Shown: one piece after another, positions 25,040-35,047 of the stretch
How the letters are laid out: every line of letters begins with the position of its first letter
Position numbering within the stretch: the first letter of the stretch is position 1
Origin: an uncultured Bacteroidales bacterium
GTDB lineage: Bacteria > Bacteroidota > Bacteroidia > Bacteroidales > GCA-2748055
Assembly (NCBI GenBank): GCA_963764345.1
Contig: CAVXSF010000018.1
Span: forward strand, 36,670 to 100,669
Direction of reading: 5' to 3'
DNA: 64,000 nt
Translations under genes and position numbers: made by a program
Notes under the pieces: model-generated
Seen by the model: only the letters and a program-made list of their open reading frames with translations
What the model was told of the DNA's origin: nothing
The model's database searches: none

Positions 25040-25756
25040 TCATGTTGTCCTGTCCCGCTCCTGACCTTGTTCATCTGTCTCATTTATCTCAGGATTATAT
25101 CCTGGGTCATCCGCAGTATTCTCCTCTTCCTCTTCCATCCGCTCTATATCAGACTCCGGTCCCTCGTGGCGGTAAATGTACGAAAGTACAACCCCGGTGA
25201 GGGCACCCATAAGGTGTGATTCCCAGCTGATGTGATAGTCGTAGGGGAATAAGCCCCAGACCATGCTTCCATACAGAAAGATCACCAGCAGGGAGATGGC
25301 CATAAGGTTCCGGTTCCGCCGGATAATACCCGAGGCGAAGAGGAAAGTTGCCAGACCGTATATGATCCCGCTGGCACCGATATGATAAGCTTCACGGCCT
25401 ATGATCCAAACCAGCGCTCCGGTGACGAAATAGATCAGGAAAAAAACACGGTAGGCCACTTCACGGTAAAAATAAAACAGGGCCAGACTGAGGAAAAACA
25501 GGGGGATGGAATTATCGAAAAGATGGGTGATATCAGCATGGATCAGCGGAGCTGTGATAATGCCGATGAGGCCTTTAAGCTTCATCGGGTAAATGCCAAG
25601 TGAAGAAAAGCTCACACCCAATCCGAATTCAGTGAATTTGATGAACCAGATCAGGAATAAAAAGAAGCCCGGGAAGACCAGGCTGTGAATAAATCGTCTT
25701 TTTTCTTCCATTCCAGGGATTGTTTTCGCCCGGTTTTGTAAAGATATCCATAGCAT
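25040..25756 (-). CDS. Rhomboid family intramembrane serine protease
   Basis: Six TM helices, GASGIIYGL (GxSG) and a downstream His (SHLMGALTG). Acidic C-terminal tail. Confidence 0.8.
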   Translation of the reverse strand: MLWISLQNRAKTIPGMEEKRRFIHSLVFPGFFLFLIWFIKFTEFGLGVSFSSLGIYPMKLKGLIGIITAPLIHADITHLFDNSIPLFFLSLALFYFYREVAYRVFFLIYFVTGALVWIIGREAYHIGASGIIYGLATFLFASGIIRRNRNLMAISLLVIFLYGSMVWGLFPYDYHISWESHLMGALTGVVLSYIYRHEGPESDIERMEEEEENTADDPGYNPEINETDEQGQERDRTT

Positions 25757-25966
25757 CTCTCAAATTCCGCGCCATGCAGGTTTATATCTACAGGGAATTA
25801 AAAGTGTCTGAATGTGCGATAGCTGAAGAAGCTACCGGCCGGCTTTGCTGAGCCGGGAATGTCTCGGCTGGTAACCGTTCCGGAGATACAGGAGATACCT
25901 TTACAAGTTACGGGATCTGGCCGGCATAGCCTGACATAGTTACCGCATCACTGAATCACGGGAATG

Positions 25967-26362
25967 TCAGATGAGGAAATGAAAAAGGTCGGGACGGTCG
26001 TTCACATACTCATAAACGATTTTGTAATCATCCATCCTCTTTTTCAGGGCATCGAAATCGGACTTCTGCCTGACTTCGATACCAATCAGGGCCGGACCTC
26101 TTTCCCGGCTGTTTTTCTTGGTATATTCAAAATGGGAAATATCGTCGGCAGGACCCAGAACATGCTCGAGAAACTCTCTCAGCTCTCCGGGGGAAACGTA
26201 CAATGAAATAGTGTTTTAGCCCTTCATACAACATTGATCTCTCTTTTATTTCCTCGGTGCGGGTGATATCATTATTGCTGCCACTGACTTCAGACGCTCG
26301 CTGGCTTCCTGTATTTTCTGAACTTCAGGCAGATAATGGATGATCACTTTTTTGTCCTTCAT
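25967..26362 (-). pseudogene. ilvA: Threonine ammonia-lyase (IlvA) remnant: only the C-terminal ~130 codons remain, and they are frameshifted
   Basis: [32 protein letters not shown], then after a frame change at the G5 run 26189..26193, [27 protein letters not shown]...GPALIGIE...LFHFLI. This is the end of the PLP domain plus the ACT-like regulatory domain. There is no room for the N-terminal ~290 aa before ilvC. Confidence 0.65.
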
Positions 26363-26430
26363 GGTGTCTGGATTGATCCGGTAGTTCTGCTTTTATGCGG
26401 AAAAAGCAAGGTTTTCAGGCAGGATACCTG

Positions 26431-26480
26431 AAAAAAAGACCCCGGATCTGCAAAGCCTTCAGGGCTTCCTGCCAGGGTCT
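26431..26480 (-). terminator. Intrinsic terminator after ilvC
   Basis: On the minus strand, AGACCCTGG ... CCGGGGTCT (9 bp, one G-U pair) is followed by T7, 55 nt downstream of the ilvC stop. Confidence 0.6.
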
Positions 26481-26534
26481 TTTCTGTGATTATTAACGTT
26501 GCGGAAGGATATCCGGTCTGTATCCTGCCGGTTT

Positions 26535-27578
26535 TTATTCTTTAGGTCTGAGTTTACGAACCTGTGCTCCGGCCTGCCACATCTCGGAATTATGGATTTC
26601 ATCCAGTTCTCCGGTCAGCTTCTTCCGGTAGTCAGCCTGCCTGTTGGCTTCAATGGTAATCCTGGCTTCATTTCCGCTGGCTACGCTGGCATAGAGGTCA
26701 TCGAATACAGGTTTTACGGCATCTCGAAAACGGTTTTTCCAATCGAGGGCACCACGCTGTGCCGTAGTGGAACAGTTCGCATACATCCAGTCCATACCGT
26801 TCTCTGCTACGAGCGGCAGAAGACTCTGGGAGAGCTCCTCAACCGTCTCGTTGAAGGCTTCCGATGGCGAATGCCCTTTACTCCTGAGCAGATTGTACTG
26901 GGCTTCCATGATCCCGGCAAGGGCACCCATAAGAACACCACGTTCTCCGGTAAGATCACTGTATACTTCTTTCTTGAAAGTGGTTTCAAAAAGGTATCCC
27001 GATCCTACACCGATACCCAGGGCTATAACACGGTCAAAAGCGTGACCTGTGGCGTCCTGAAAGATAGCATAACTGGAATTCAGTCCCTGCCCGGCAACAA
27101 ACAATCTCCGCAGAGAAGTCCCTGAACCCTTGGGAGCTATTAAGATCACGTCAACATCTTCCGGCGGAATAATTCCGGTCTGATCCTTGTAGGTAATGCC
27201 AAAACCGTGAGAAAAATACAGGGCTTTTCCTTTGGTGAGATGTTTTTTTACCGTTGGCCAAAGTGCAATCTGCCCGGCATCAGACAGCAGGTACTGTATG
27301 ATGGTGGCCTTTTTGCAAGCTTCCTCGATATCAAACAGGTTCTCACCTTCCACCCATCCATCATTAACTGCCTTATCCCACGAAGAGGAATTTTTTCTCT
27401 GTCCGACAATTACATTGAAACCGTTATCTTTCAGGTTGAGTGACTGACCCGGACCCTGAACGCCATAACCAATGACGGCTATGATTTCGTTTTTCAGAAT
27501 ATCGCGGGCTCTGGAAAGGGGAAATTCATCCCTGGTAACTACATTTTCTTCGACTCCGCCGAAATTAATTTTTGCCAT
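26535..27578 (-). CDS. ilvC: Ketol-acid reductoisomerase
   Basis: IAVIGYGVQGPGQSLNLKDNG...SHGF..., 347 aa, class I KARI. Confidence 0.95.
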   Translation of the reverse strand: MAKINFGGVEENVVTRDEFPLSRARDILKNEIIAVIGYGVQGPGQSLNLKDNGFNVIVGQRKNSSSWDKAVNDGWVEGENLFDIEEACKKATIIQYLLSDAGQIALWPTVKKHLTKGKALYFSHGFGITYKDQTGIIPPEDVDVILIAPKGSGTSLRRLFVAGQGLNSSYAIFQDATGHAFDRVIALGIGVGSGYLFETTFKKEVYSDLTGERGVLMGALAGIMEAQYNLLRSKGHSPSEAFNETVEELSQSLLPLVAENGMDWMYANCSTTAQRGALDWKNRFRDAVKPVFDDLYASVASGNEARITIEANRQADYRKKLTGELDEIHNSEMWQAGAQVRKLRPKE

Positions 27579-27589
27579 GTTTTTCTTTT

Positions 27590-28153
27590 TTATTGGGTTA
27601 TGGACAATACTTCTTTTTCAGAATGCCTGTTGGCGACTTCTAGATCCCTGAGATAACTGGTGATCTCCTTGATCTGTTTGGTGACGGCCACTCTGCCCGA
27701 CCGGGCAAACTGAAGCACGCCATAAGGGAGCAGTTTCTCAAACAACTCCTGTGTTTCATGTTTATGCCCGGCTTTTTCGATGATGATATACTCGGGTTCT
27801 ACCGTCAGGATGTGGGCGTTGTACTTTCTGATGAGATTTTCAACATCGTCGCCATTAGCAAATGCCTTGGTAGGCACTTTATAAAGTGCAATTTCCTGGT
27901 AAACGATTTCGCTCTCTTCAAAATAAAAAGCCTTAAGTACACCAATGATCTTCTCGATCTGTTTTACGACTTTTTTCACCATGTCAAGATTGGTTTTCAC
28001 GACGATGGTAAAGCGGTAAACCCCTTTTACCTCCGATTCGGAAGTTGTCAGACTGTCGATGTTGATTTTCCTGCGGGTAAAAACGACGGTAAGCTTTTGA
28101 AGCAGACCAATCCTGTTTTCGGTGAATATAGATAATGTGAATTCTTGTTCCAT
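27590..28153 (-). CDS. ilvN: Acetolactate synthase small (regulatory) subunit
   Basis: ACT domain FTLSIFTENRIGLLQKLTVVFTRRKINIDSLT. Positioned between ilvB and ilvC. Confidence 0.88.
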   Translation of the reverse strand: MEQEFTLSIFTENRIGLLQKLTVVFTRRKINIDSLTTSESEVKGVYRFTIVVKTNLDMVKKVVKQIEKIIGVLKAFYFEESEIVYQEIALYKVPTKAFANGDDVENLIRKYNAHILTVEPEYIIIEKAGHKHETQELFEKLLPYGVLQFARSGRVAVTKQIKEITSYLRDLEVANRHSEKEVLSITQ

Positions 28154-28173
28154 GATGGATCGTGTTTTTTAGA

Positions 28174-29910
28174 TTATTCCAGTCTCATTTCAGATACGGT
28201 TCCTCCTGACGGTACCATGGGGAAGATATTGCTTTCCTTTTCGACTTTCACTTCAAGCAGGAAGGGACCGTCGTGTGCCAGCAGGTTGTCTATGGCTTCT
28301 TCCAGATCTTCTCTGGCCGAGATGGTTCTTCCTTCGATACCGAACCCTTTCGCAATGGTAACGAAATCAGGATTGGTTAGTTCAGTATATGAATACCTTT
28401 TATCGAAAAACAGATCCTGCCACTGACGTACCATGCCGAGGAAGTTATTATTCAGGAGGACGATTTTTACCGGCAGTTTTGACTGGCTGATTGTGCCCAG
28501 CTCCTGGATGGTCATCTGAAAACCGCCGTCACCGATCACGGCAATAACCGGGGTGCCTTCTTCTGCTGCAAGCGCTGCACCGACAGATGCAGGCAGGCCG
28601 AAGCCCATTGTTCCAAGACCTCCGGAAGTGATCTGTGTATTGGTTTTATTGAACTGATAGTACCTTGCAGAAGCCATCTGGTGTTGACCGACATCGCTGA
28701 CGAGAATGGCCTCGCCTCTGGTTTTCTTTGAGATGTTGTGAATGACCTCTCCCATCCTGATTCCACCTTTTGAAGGATAGCAGTCCCTTTCAATAATTTT
28801 CTGGAACTCGTGTTGGTAAAGCTTGTTGAAAGATTCGAGCCATTCAGGATGTGAGTTTTGTTTTACGATGGGTGTCAAAGCTTCGATTGCCTGCCTGGCA
28901 TCAGCGACCAGGGCTACATCCGCAGTCACATTTTTGTTGATCTCCGACGGATCGATGTCGATATGGATCACTTTAGCCTGCTTGGCATAGGTATTCAGGT
29001 TTCCTGTCACCCTGTCATCGAATCTCATACCGATGGCGATTAACAGATCACACTTGTTGGTGTTGATATTGGGGGCATAGTTACCGTGCATCCCCAGCAT
29101 ACCTGTAAAAAGCGGATGACTGGAGGGTAATGCCGAAAGACCCAGAAGGGTGCTGGCTACCGGGATACCGGTTTTTTCAACAAATGCTCTGAATTCTTCC
29201 TGTGCACCTGAGATCAGAATGCCCTGCCCTGCAAGAATCATGGGCTTTTTGGCTTTGTTGATGAGCTCGCCGGCTTTCTGTATGGCTTCCTGGTTCAGCA
29301 TCGGGATAGGAGTATAGCTCCTGATCCGTGCAATTTTTTCATACACAAAATCCAGCTCGGCGAACTGTGCATCCTTGGTGATGTCGATGAGTACCGGACC
29401 CGGCCGGCCTGATCTGGCAATGAAGAAGGCCCTGGCCAATGCTTCAGGGATCTCTTCAGGCCGGGTAACCTGAAAATTCCATTTGGTAACAGGCATGGAG
29501 ATGCTCACGATATCTATTTCCTGGAAAGCATCGGAACCCAGAAGACTGGAGATCACCTGACCCGTTATGCATACCAGCGGTGTTGAATCCAGCATGGCAT
29601 CGGCCAGCCCTGTGATCAGGTTCGTGGCTCCCGGGCCTGAAGTCGCAATACATACTCCCGGTTTTTTGGAAATTCGGGCATAGCCCTGTGCGGCATGAAT
29701 AGCGCCCTGCTCATGGCGGACCATCACATGCTTCAATTTGTCCTGGTAATCGTACAATACATCATATACCGGCATGATTGCTCCGCCAACATATCCGAAC
29801 ATAGTATCAACACCTTCTTCCAACAGCGAAAGCACAACAGCCTCTGCACCCCTTACACGTCTCGTTTCGGGTTCCTGTCCTTTAGCCTGGGGTTTCGTTT
29901 GAGTATCCAT
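28174..29910 (-). CDS. ilvB: Acetolactate synthase large subunit (biosynthetic type)
   Basis: TPP enzyme with GYVGGAIMPVYD, ATSGPGATNL and the TPP motif GDGGFQMTIQELGT...LLNNNFLGMV. Confidence 0.95.
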   Translation of the reverse strand: MDTQTKPQAKGQEPETRRVRGAEAVVLSLLEEGVDTMFGYVGGAIMPVYDVLYDYQDKLKHVMVRHEQGAIHAAQGYARISKKPGVCIATSGPGATNLITGLADAMLDSTPLVCITGQVISSLLGSDAFQEIDIVSISMPVTKWNFQVTRPEEIPEALARAFFIARSGRPGPVLIDITKDAQFAELDFVYEKIARIRSYTPIPMLNQEAIQKAGELINKAKKPMILAGQGILISGAQEEFRAFVEKTGIPVASTLLGLSALPSSHPLFTGMLGMHGNYAPNINTNKCDLLIAIGMRFDDRVTGNLNTYAKQAKVIHIDIDPSEINKNVTADVALVADARQAIEALTPIVKQNSHPEWLESFNKLYQHEFQKIIERDCYPSKGGIRMGEVIHNISKKTRGEAILVSDVGQHQMASARYYQFNKTNTQITSGGLGTMGFGLPASVGAALAAEEGTPVIAVIGDGGFQMTIQELGTISQSKLPVKIVLLNNNFLGMVRQWQDLFFDKRYSYTELTNPDFVTIAKGFGIEGRTISAREDLEEAIDNLLAHDGPFLLEVKVEKESNIFPMVPSGGTVSEMRLE

Positions 29911-29934
29911 GTCTATCTTATTTAGGTTATTAAT

Positions 29935-31764
29935 TTAATCTATTATTCTTACAGCACCTTTATCTGCCGAGGTCACTAAACTGGCATACGCCTTCAGCGC
30001 TTTTGAAATGGCTCTTTCCCTGCCTTCGGGTTTCCAGGCTGAATCGCCCTTTGCCTCTTCCTGTCTTTTTCGATCCTCCAGCTCCTGATCGCTAAGTCTG
30101 ACATTGATGGTTCTGGATGGGATATTTATATCAATGATGTCTCCGTCACGAATGAGACCGATCTCACCCTTTTCAGCAGCTTCAGGAGAGATGTGCCCGA
30201 TGGAAAGTCCTGATGTGCCGCCGGAAAAACGTCCGTCGGTGATCAGGGCACACTGTTCGCCCAGATGCCTCGATTTGATGTAGGAGGTAGGATACAGCAT
30301 TTCCTGCATGCCCGGGCCGCCCTTGGGACCTTCATACCGGATGACGACAACGTCACCGGCTTCAACCTTTTTCTCAAGAATGCCATCACACGCGGCATCC
30401 TGTGAATTAAATACTTTTGCCGGTCCGCTGAATGTCAGAACCGAAGCCTTGACACCCGCCGTCTTGACAATGCAGCCGTCCCGTGAGATATTTCCGTACA
30501 AAACTGCAAGGCCTCCGTCAGCAGAGTAAGCATGTCCGATATCCCGTATACATCCGTTACTCCTGTCAAGATCAAAATCCTTAAAGCGTGCCTGCTGCGA
30601 ACCCATTACAAGGTTCCTTCCGCCTCCAGGCGCTGAACTGTAGACCGCCTTCGCCTCTTCAGTACAACTTTGTTTCCGGAGATCAAAATTTTGAATGGCT
30701 TCGGCCAGTGTAAGACCGTCAACCCTCTTCACGGAAGTGTCTAGGAGACCACCCGCAGCGAGTTCCGACAAGATGCCGAGAATACCCCCGGCACGGTTTA
30801 CATCCTGGATATGGTATTTCGAATTGGGAGAAACTTTACACAAAACTGGGATCTGACGGGAAATAGCATCGATATCCTTCAGGGTAAAATCAACAGCAGC
30901 TTCATGTGCGATAGCCAGGATATGGAGCACTGTATTGGTCGAGCCACCCATCGCCACATCGAGGCTCATGGCATTGTGAAATGCCGCTTTTGAGGCGATG
31001 GAACGGGGAAGAACCGAGACGTCCCCTTCATTATAATACCGTTCAACATTCCTGATCAATGCTTCCACAGCCTTTTCAAAAAGTTTTTTACGGCTTATGT
31101 GAGTGGCAACGACTGTCCCATTTCCGGGAAGAGCCATGCCAAGAGCTTCGTTCAGACAGTTCATGGAATTCGCTGTAAACATGCCGGAACACGATCCACA
31201 GGTGGGACAGGCCAGCTGCTCAACAAGGGATAATTTTTGATCACTCACACTGTCATCGGCAGCCATAACCATGGCATCGATCAGATCATAAGCTTCTCCG
31301 TCAATCACACCGGCTTCCATAGGACCTCCGGAAACAAAAATGGCGGGAATATTCAGTCTCATAGCCGCAATCAGCATCCCCGGCGTGATCTTGTCGCAGT
31401 TGCTGATGCAAAAGAGGGCATCCACCTTGTGAGCATTGGCCATGTATTCGATACTGTCCGCAATCAGATCACGCGAAGGAAGCGAATACAGCATGCCGTC
31501 GTGCCCCATGGCAATGCCATCATCGATGGCTATAGTATTGAATTCCCCGGCAAAATACCCACGATCTTCAAAAATTTTCTTTACGTCCTGTCCCACCTGA
31601 TGCAGATGAGTATGCCCCGGTACAAACTGGGTAAATGAGTTGACAATGGCAATGATCGGTTTCCCGATCTGATCTTCCTTCATGCCGTTGGCTCTCCACA
31701 GACTCCGGGCTCCTGCCATCCTTCGGCCCTGTGTTGTTGTATCACTCTTTAAAGGAAATTTCAT
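29935..31764 (-). CDS. ilvD: Dihydroxy-acid dehydratase
   Basis: [60 protein letters not shown]. Confidence 0.96.
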   Translation of the reverse strand: MKFPLKSDTTTQGRRMAGARSLWRANGMKEDQIGKPIIAIVNSFTQFVPGHTHLHQVGQDVKKIFEDRGYFAGEFNTIAIDDGIAMGHDGMLYSLPSRDLIADSIEYMANAHKVDALFCISNCDKITPGMLIAAMRLNIPAIFVSGGPMEAGVIDGEAYDLIDAMVMAADDSVSDQKLSLVEQLACPTCGSCSGMFTANSMNCLNEALGMALPGNGTVVATHISRKKLFEKAVEALIRNVERYYNEGDVSVLPRSIASKAAFHNAMSLDVAMGGSTNTVLHILAIAHEAAVDFTLKDIDAISRQIPVLCKVSPNSKYHIQDVNRAGGILGILSELAAGGLLDTSVKRVDGLTLAEAIQNFDLRKQSCTEEAKAVYSSAPGGGRNLVMGSQQARFKDFDLDRSNGCIRDIGHAYSADGGLAVLYGNISRDGCIVKTAGVKASVLTFSGPAKVFNSQDAACDGILEKKVEAGDVVVIRYEGPKGGPGMQEMLYPTSYIKSRHLGEQCALITDGRFSGGTSGLSIGHISPEAAEKGEIGLIRDGDIIDINIPSRTINVRLSDQELEDRKRQEEAKGDSAWKPEGRERAISKALKAYASLVTSADKGAVRIID

Positions 31765-31796
31765 TGTTTACGTTGCTCTTTATATTATAGTAAATC

Positions 31797-31829
31797 AAAA
31801 AAGCCATCCTCTAGTTTGAGAATGGCTTC
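31797..31829 (-). terminator. Attenuator terminator in the ilv leader
   Basis: On the minus strand, AAGCCATTCT-CAAACTAG-AGGATGGCTT (10-bp stem, one G-U pair) runs into a T-run, 33 nt upstream of the ilvD ATG. Confidence 0.7.
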
Positions 31830-31861
31830 GTATATTTTGTTTCGGTTATACCATACCATTC

Positions 31862-31930
31862 TCACGTTCTCATTCCAAGAATGACGAGCACCACGAGAAC
31901 CACGAGAATATTGGTATGACCGAACTGCAT
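31862..31930 (-). CDS. ilv operon leader peptide (22 aa, MQFGHTNILVVLVVLVILGMRT)
   Basis: ATG at 31930, TGA at 31862..31864. There are 11 consecutive Ile/Leu/Val codons. The ORF lies between a candidate promoter and the terminator hairpin upstream of ilvD. Confidence 0.65.
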   Translation of the reverse strand: MQFGHTNILVVLVVLVILGMRT

Positions 31931-31953
31931 AGGTTTCTGTATGATTTCAGAAG

Positions 31954-31983
31954 CAAAGATAGACAAAAGCCTTATACCGCAAA
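31954..31983 (-). promoter_or_regulatory. Candidate promoter of the ilv leader/operon
   Basis: On the minus strand, TTTG (31983..31980), an 18-nt spacer, then TATCTTTG (31961..31954), about 24 nt upstream of the leader ATG. Confidence 0.4.
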
Positions 31984-32176
31984 ATAAAATTATGTTAAAA
32001 AACAGTAATTATTAATATTTGGTCTTAATCGGATTAAAAATGTTACAAATTGTAAGCCTTTGGTCTGAAAAAAGGACTGAAATTGATAATTTGTAAGAAG
32101 CCGATGTACACAGTCAAACCAGGGTAAAAAGAGTTCAGCCAGATATATAGCATGGCCTGTTAATCTGAAAAAAAAA

Positions 32177-32273
32177 GGGCAAGCTACTCATATCGCACCG
32201 CTACGACCGCCTACCCTTGCTACCTTCCGGTCCTGGGGGGATTCAGCAGGAGCTGGTCGTATAAGACTTGCCC
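32177..32273 (-). ncRNA. ffs: Signal recognition particle RNA (small 4.5S type)
   Basis: The minus strand contains CCAGGACCGGAAGGTAGCAAGGG (conserved domain IV with GGAA tetraloop). The termini GGGCAAG / CTTGCCC pair, a T9 run follows, and a canonical promoter precedes it. Confidence 0.85.
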
Positions 32274-32281
32274 TCGGTCAG

Positions 32282-32312
32282 CAAAAGTAGTATTTTTATT
32301 ATTTCCTGCAAA
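32282..32312 (-). promoter_or_regulatory. Candidate promoter of ffs
   Basis: On the minus strand, TTTG, a 19-nt spacer, then TACTTTTG, ending 8 nt before the predicted RNA 5' end. Confidence 0.55.
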
Positions 32313-32379
32313 ATATCTTTTTGACGAAAGCGCATCTCCCTTAAATGGATTATATTTGTTCAAATAAAACTTTAAACCT

Positions 32380-32931
32380 ATGAGTGAAAAGAACCAAAGC
32401 ATGATTTATCCCGCCATCATCTATGCGGGGATCATCGGTGGCATTTACATCTTGAATGCAGTCATTGTCGATGTTTTTGATATTCATTTTAGCGTATATG
32501 ATCTGATTGCGTCAAATGTTATTGTTTTTGGGGGTCTTGTCGTGGCTATTTATGCTTTCCGGAAAGAGTATAATGACAACATGATTTCGTATTCCCGGGC
32601 ACTTGGATTCGGAGTGCTGACGGCTCTTTTTGTCGGCCTGATCATGGCTGTGTATATGAATATACTTATCCATTATATTAACCCGCATTACCTGGATATT
32701 CTTCAGGACCGGACAAGAGCAACGATCATGAAGAGGGTTTCTCCCGATATGCTTAGCGAACATCCCGATATTATGGAATCGGCTTTGCGAAGGTCTATGA
32801 AGATGCAGACTCCCGTAATGATTTTTGTGACAAGTATACTGGGGCAGGGCTTGTTTGGATTGATTGTCAGCCTGATTGCTTCAATATTTATTAAAAAGGA
32901 ACCCGCAGAACCCTTTGCAGGAGTTGTATAA
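32380..32931 (+). CDS. DUF4199-like small polytopic membrane protein
   Basis: 183 aa with 4 to 5 TM helices. Its position just upstream of a GT2 gene is common in Bacteroidota. A TATATTTG box lies at 32351..32358. Confidence 0.5.
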   Translation: MSEKNQSMIYPAIIYAGIIGGIYILNAVIVDVFDIHFSVYDLIASNVIVFGGLVVAIYAFRKEYNDNMISYSRALGFGVLTALFVGLIMAVYMNILIHYINPHYLDILQDRTRATIMKRVSPDMLSEHPDIMESALRRSMKMQTPVMIFVTSILGQGLFGLIVSLIASIFIKKEPAEPFAGVV

Positions 32932-32935
32932 GTTT

Positions 32936-33901
32936 ATGATTATGGATGTATCGATTGTTATTCCCCTTTATAACGAAGAAGAATCACTTATTGAATTAGT
33001 AGAATGGATAGAAGGCGTTGCCGAAAGGAACCATTTCAGCTATGAGATCATTATGGTTGATGACGGCAGCACCGACAGGTCGTGGGATGTTATCCGGGAC
33101 CTGGGTTCCGGTAAAAAGGACATCAGAGGATTCAGGTTCAGACGGAATTATGGCAAATCTGCCGCTCTTCACGTCGGATTTCAGGCTGCAAAGGGTGATG
33201 TTGTCGTTACTATGGATGCCGATCTGCAGGACAGCCCGGAGGAAATTCCGGAAATGAGAAGGATGATCATGGAAGACGGCCTGGATCTGGTATCGGGCTG
33301 GAAGAAAAAAAGATATGATCCCATCTCCAAAACTATCCCCAGTAAATTCTACAACTGGGCAGCACGCAAAGTGACCGGTATTAAACTCCATGATTTTAAC
33401 TGCGGCCTGAAAGCCTATCGTAACAAGGTGGTGAAATCGATTGAGGTATACGGTGAAATGCACCGGTATATCCCGGTAATTGCCAAAAGAGCCGGATTTT
33501 CCAGGATAGGAGAAAAGCCTGTTCAACATATGAAACGGAAATACGGGGTCACAAAATTCGGCCTTGAACGCTTTATCAACGGCTTCCTCGACCTGCTGAC
33601 CATTTCCTTCATTTCCCGGTTCGGAAAGAGACCCATGCACATGTTCGGTACCATGGGTACCTTTGTCTTTCTAATCGGTTTTGTTGCTGCCGTATGGCTT
33701 GGTGCCCAAAAACTGTACTTTCTTCATAAAGGCATTAAGACCATCCTGATCACAGACAGTCCATACTTCTTCCTGGCAATCACTGCCATGATCATTGGAA
33801 CACAATTGTTCGTAAGCGGATTTCTCGGTGAACTTGTCTCACGGAATTCTCCGGAAAGGAATCAATATTTTATCGATGAAGAAGTAAACAGCAAGGCGTG
33901 A
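32936..33901 (+). CDS. Family 2 glycosyltransferase (polyprenyl-phosphate glycosyltransferase-like, two C-terminal TM helices)
   Basis: VSIVIPLYNEEESL, VDDGSTD, DADLQD. The start is taken at the ATG at 32936, just after the upstream stop. Confidence 0.85.
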   Translation: MIMDVSIVIPLYNEEESLIELVEWIEGVAERNHFSYEIIMVDDGSTDRSWDVIRDLGSGKKDIRGFRFRRNYGKSAALHVGFQAAKGDVVVTMDADLQDSPEEIPEMRRMIMEDGLDLVSGWKKKRYDPISKTIPSKFYNWAARKVTGIKLHDFNCGLKAYRNKVVKSIEVYGEMHRYIPVIAKRAGFSRIGEKPVQHMKRKYGVTKFGLERFINGFLDLLTISFISRFGKRPMHMFGTMGTFVFLIGFVAAVWLGAQKLYFLHKGIKTILITDSPYFFLAITAMIIGTQLFVSGFLGELVSRNSPERNQYFIDEEVNSKA

Positions 33902-35046
33902 AAATCATCAGCATCGGTCCGGCTCATCCTCTCCGGGGAGGTATTGCAAGGTTTAATGAATCGCTGTCGTCATGCCTGAAGAATAATGGTCACGAGGTTG
34001 AACTGATCTCATTCAGTTTCCAGTACCCATCATTCCTCTTTCCCGGCCGTTCACAGTTCTCCGAAAGTATACCCCCCGAAGGACTGACCATTTCATCCCG
34101 CCTGCATTCACTGTCACCCCTCAGCTGGAAACATGTTGCCGATGAAGTGATACGGCGAGATCCAGAGCTGGTGATCATGCATTACTGGATGCCTTTTTTT
34201 GCCCCGGCCATGAGCTTTATCGCCGGCAGAATAAAGAAGCGTGCCGGCATCACAATCATTCTCCTGGCTCATAACCTGATTCCTCATGAGAGGCAACCCG
34301 GAACCATCTTCCTTACCCGCCGGTTGCTCGGGAATGTCAGCGGACTGGTTGCACTTTCGGCATCCGTGGTGAGCGATGCAAAGTCTGTCAGTGCCGGTAT
34401 CCCTGCAATGATGATCCCTCACCCGGTTTATGACAGCTATGGCGAAAAAGTAAACAGGGATGAAGCCCTGGGATATCTGGGCCTCGAAGCCGGGAAAAAA
34501 TATATACTTTTTTTCGGGTTGGTACGGAAATACAAAGGACTGGATCTGCTGATAAAAGCCTTGCCCCTCGTTCAGGATCCGGATGTGATAGTCCTGGTTG
34601 CCGGAGAATTTTACGATAAAAGGGAAGAATACCAGGGGCTGATCGATAAGCTTGATCTGGGTTCCAGAATAATCATCCGGGATGAATACATTCCCGATGA
34701 TGAGGTGAAGTATTATTTTTCGGCAGCCAGCCTGGTCGTTCAGCCTTACCGTTCAGCCACCCAAAGCGGAGTAACCCAGATTGCCTATCATTTTGAGGTG
34801 CCGATGGTCGTTTCGGACGTGGGCGGACTGCCGGAGATCGTCGAGGATGGGGTCACCGGATATGTGATCAAAACTGAACCGGAAGCGGTTGCCGGTGCCA
34901 TAAACCGTTACTTCTCCTCATCCGGTAAGAATGAGCTTGAAAAAAACGTCAGGAGAAGGAAGGAAGATTTTTCATGGCAGGGCTTTGTCAGGAAATTACT
35001 TTCTTTTGCGGAAAAGATTCAAAAGTCTGAAAATCAGGACGTGTGA
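33898..35046 (+). CDS. Family 4 (GT-B) glycosyltransferase
   Basis: The GTG start overlaps the GT2 stop (GTGA). C-terminal E-x7-E-type region YRSATQSGVTQIAYHFEVPMVVSDVGGLPEIVEDGVTG. Confidence 0.8.
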   Translation: MKIISIGPAHPLRGGIARFNESLSSCLKNNGHEVELISFSFQYPSFLFPGRSQFSESIPPEGLTISSRLHSLSPLSWKHVADEVIRRDPELVIMHYWMPFFAPAMSFIAGRIKKRAGITIILLAHNLIPHERQPGTIFLTRRLLGNVSGLVALSASVVSDAKSVSAGIPAMMIPHPVYDSYGEKVNRDEALGYLGLEAGKKYILFFGLVRKYKGLDLLIKALPLVQDPDVIVLVAGEFYDKREEYQGLIDKLDLGSRIIIRDEYIPDDEVKYYFSAASLVVQPYRSATQSGVTQIAYHFEVPMVVSDVGGLPEIVEDGVTGYVIKTEPEAVAGAINRYFSSSGKNELEKNVRRRKEDFSWQGFVRKLLSFAEKIQKSENQDV

Positions 35047-35047
35047 A

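Noticed and set aside
26499-27125. Long antisense ORFs inside real genes (for example 26499..27125, 4056..4586, 32996..33640, 14018..14446, 51380..51865)
   Set aside because: Each lies fully within a gene on the opposite strand that carries strong conserved motifs. They have odd composition and no independent support.
32220-32402. 60-aa minus-strand ORF
   Set aside because: It overlaps the SRP RNA and its promoter, and the peptide has no protein-like features.
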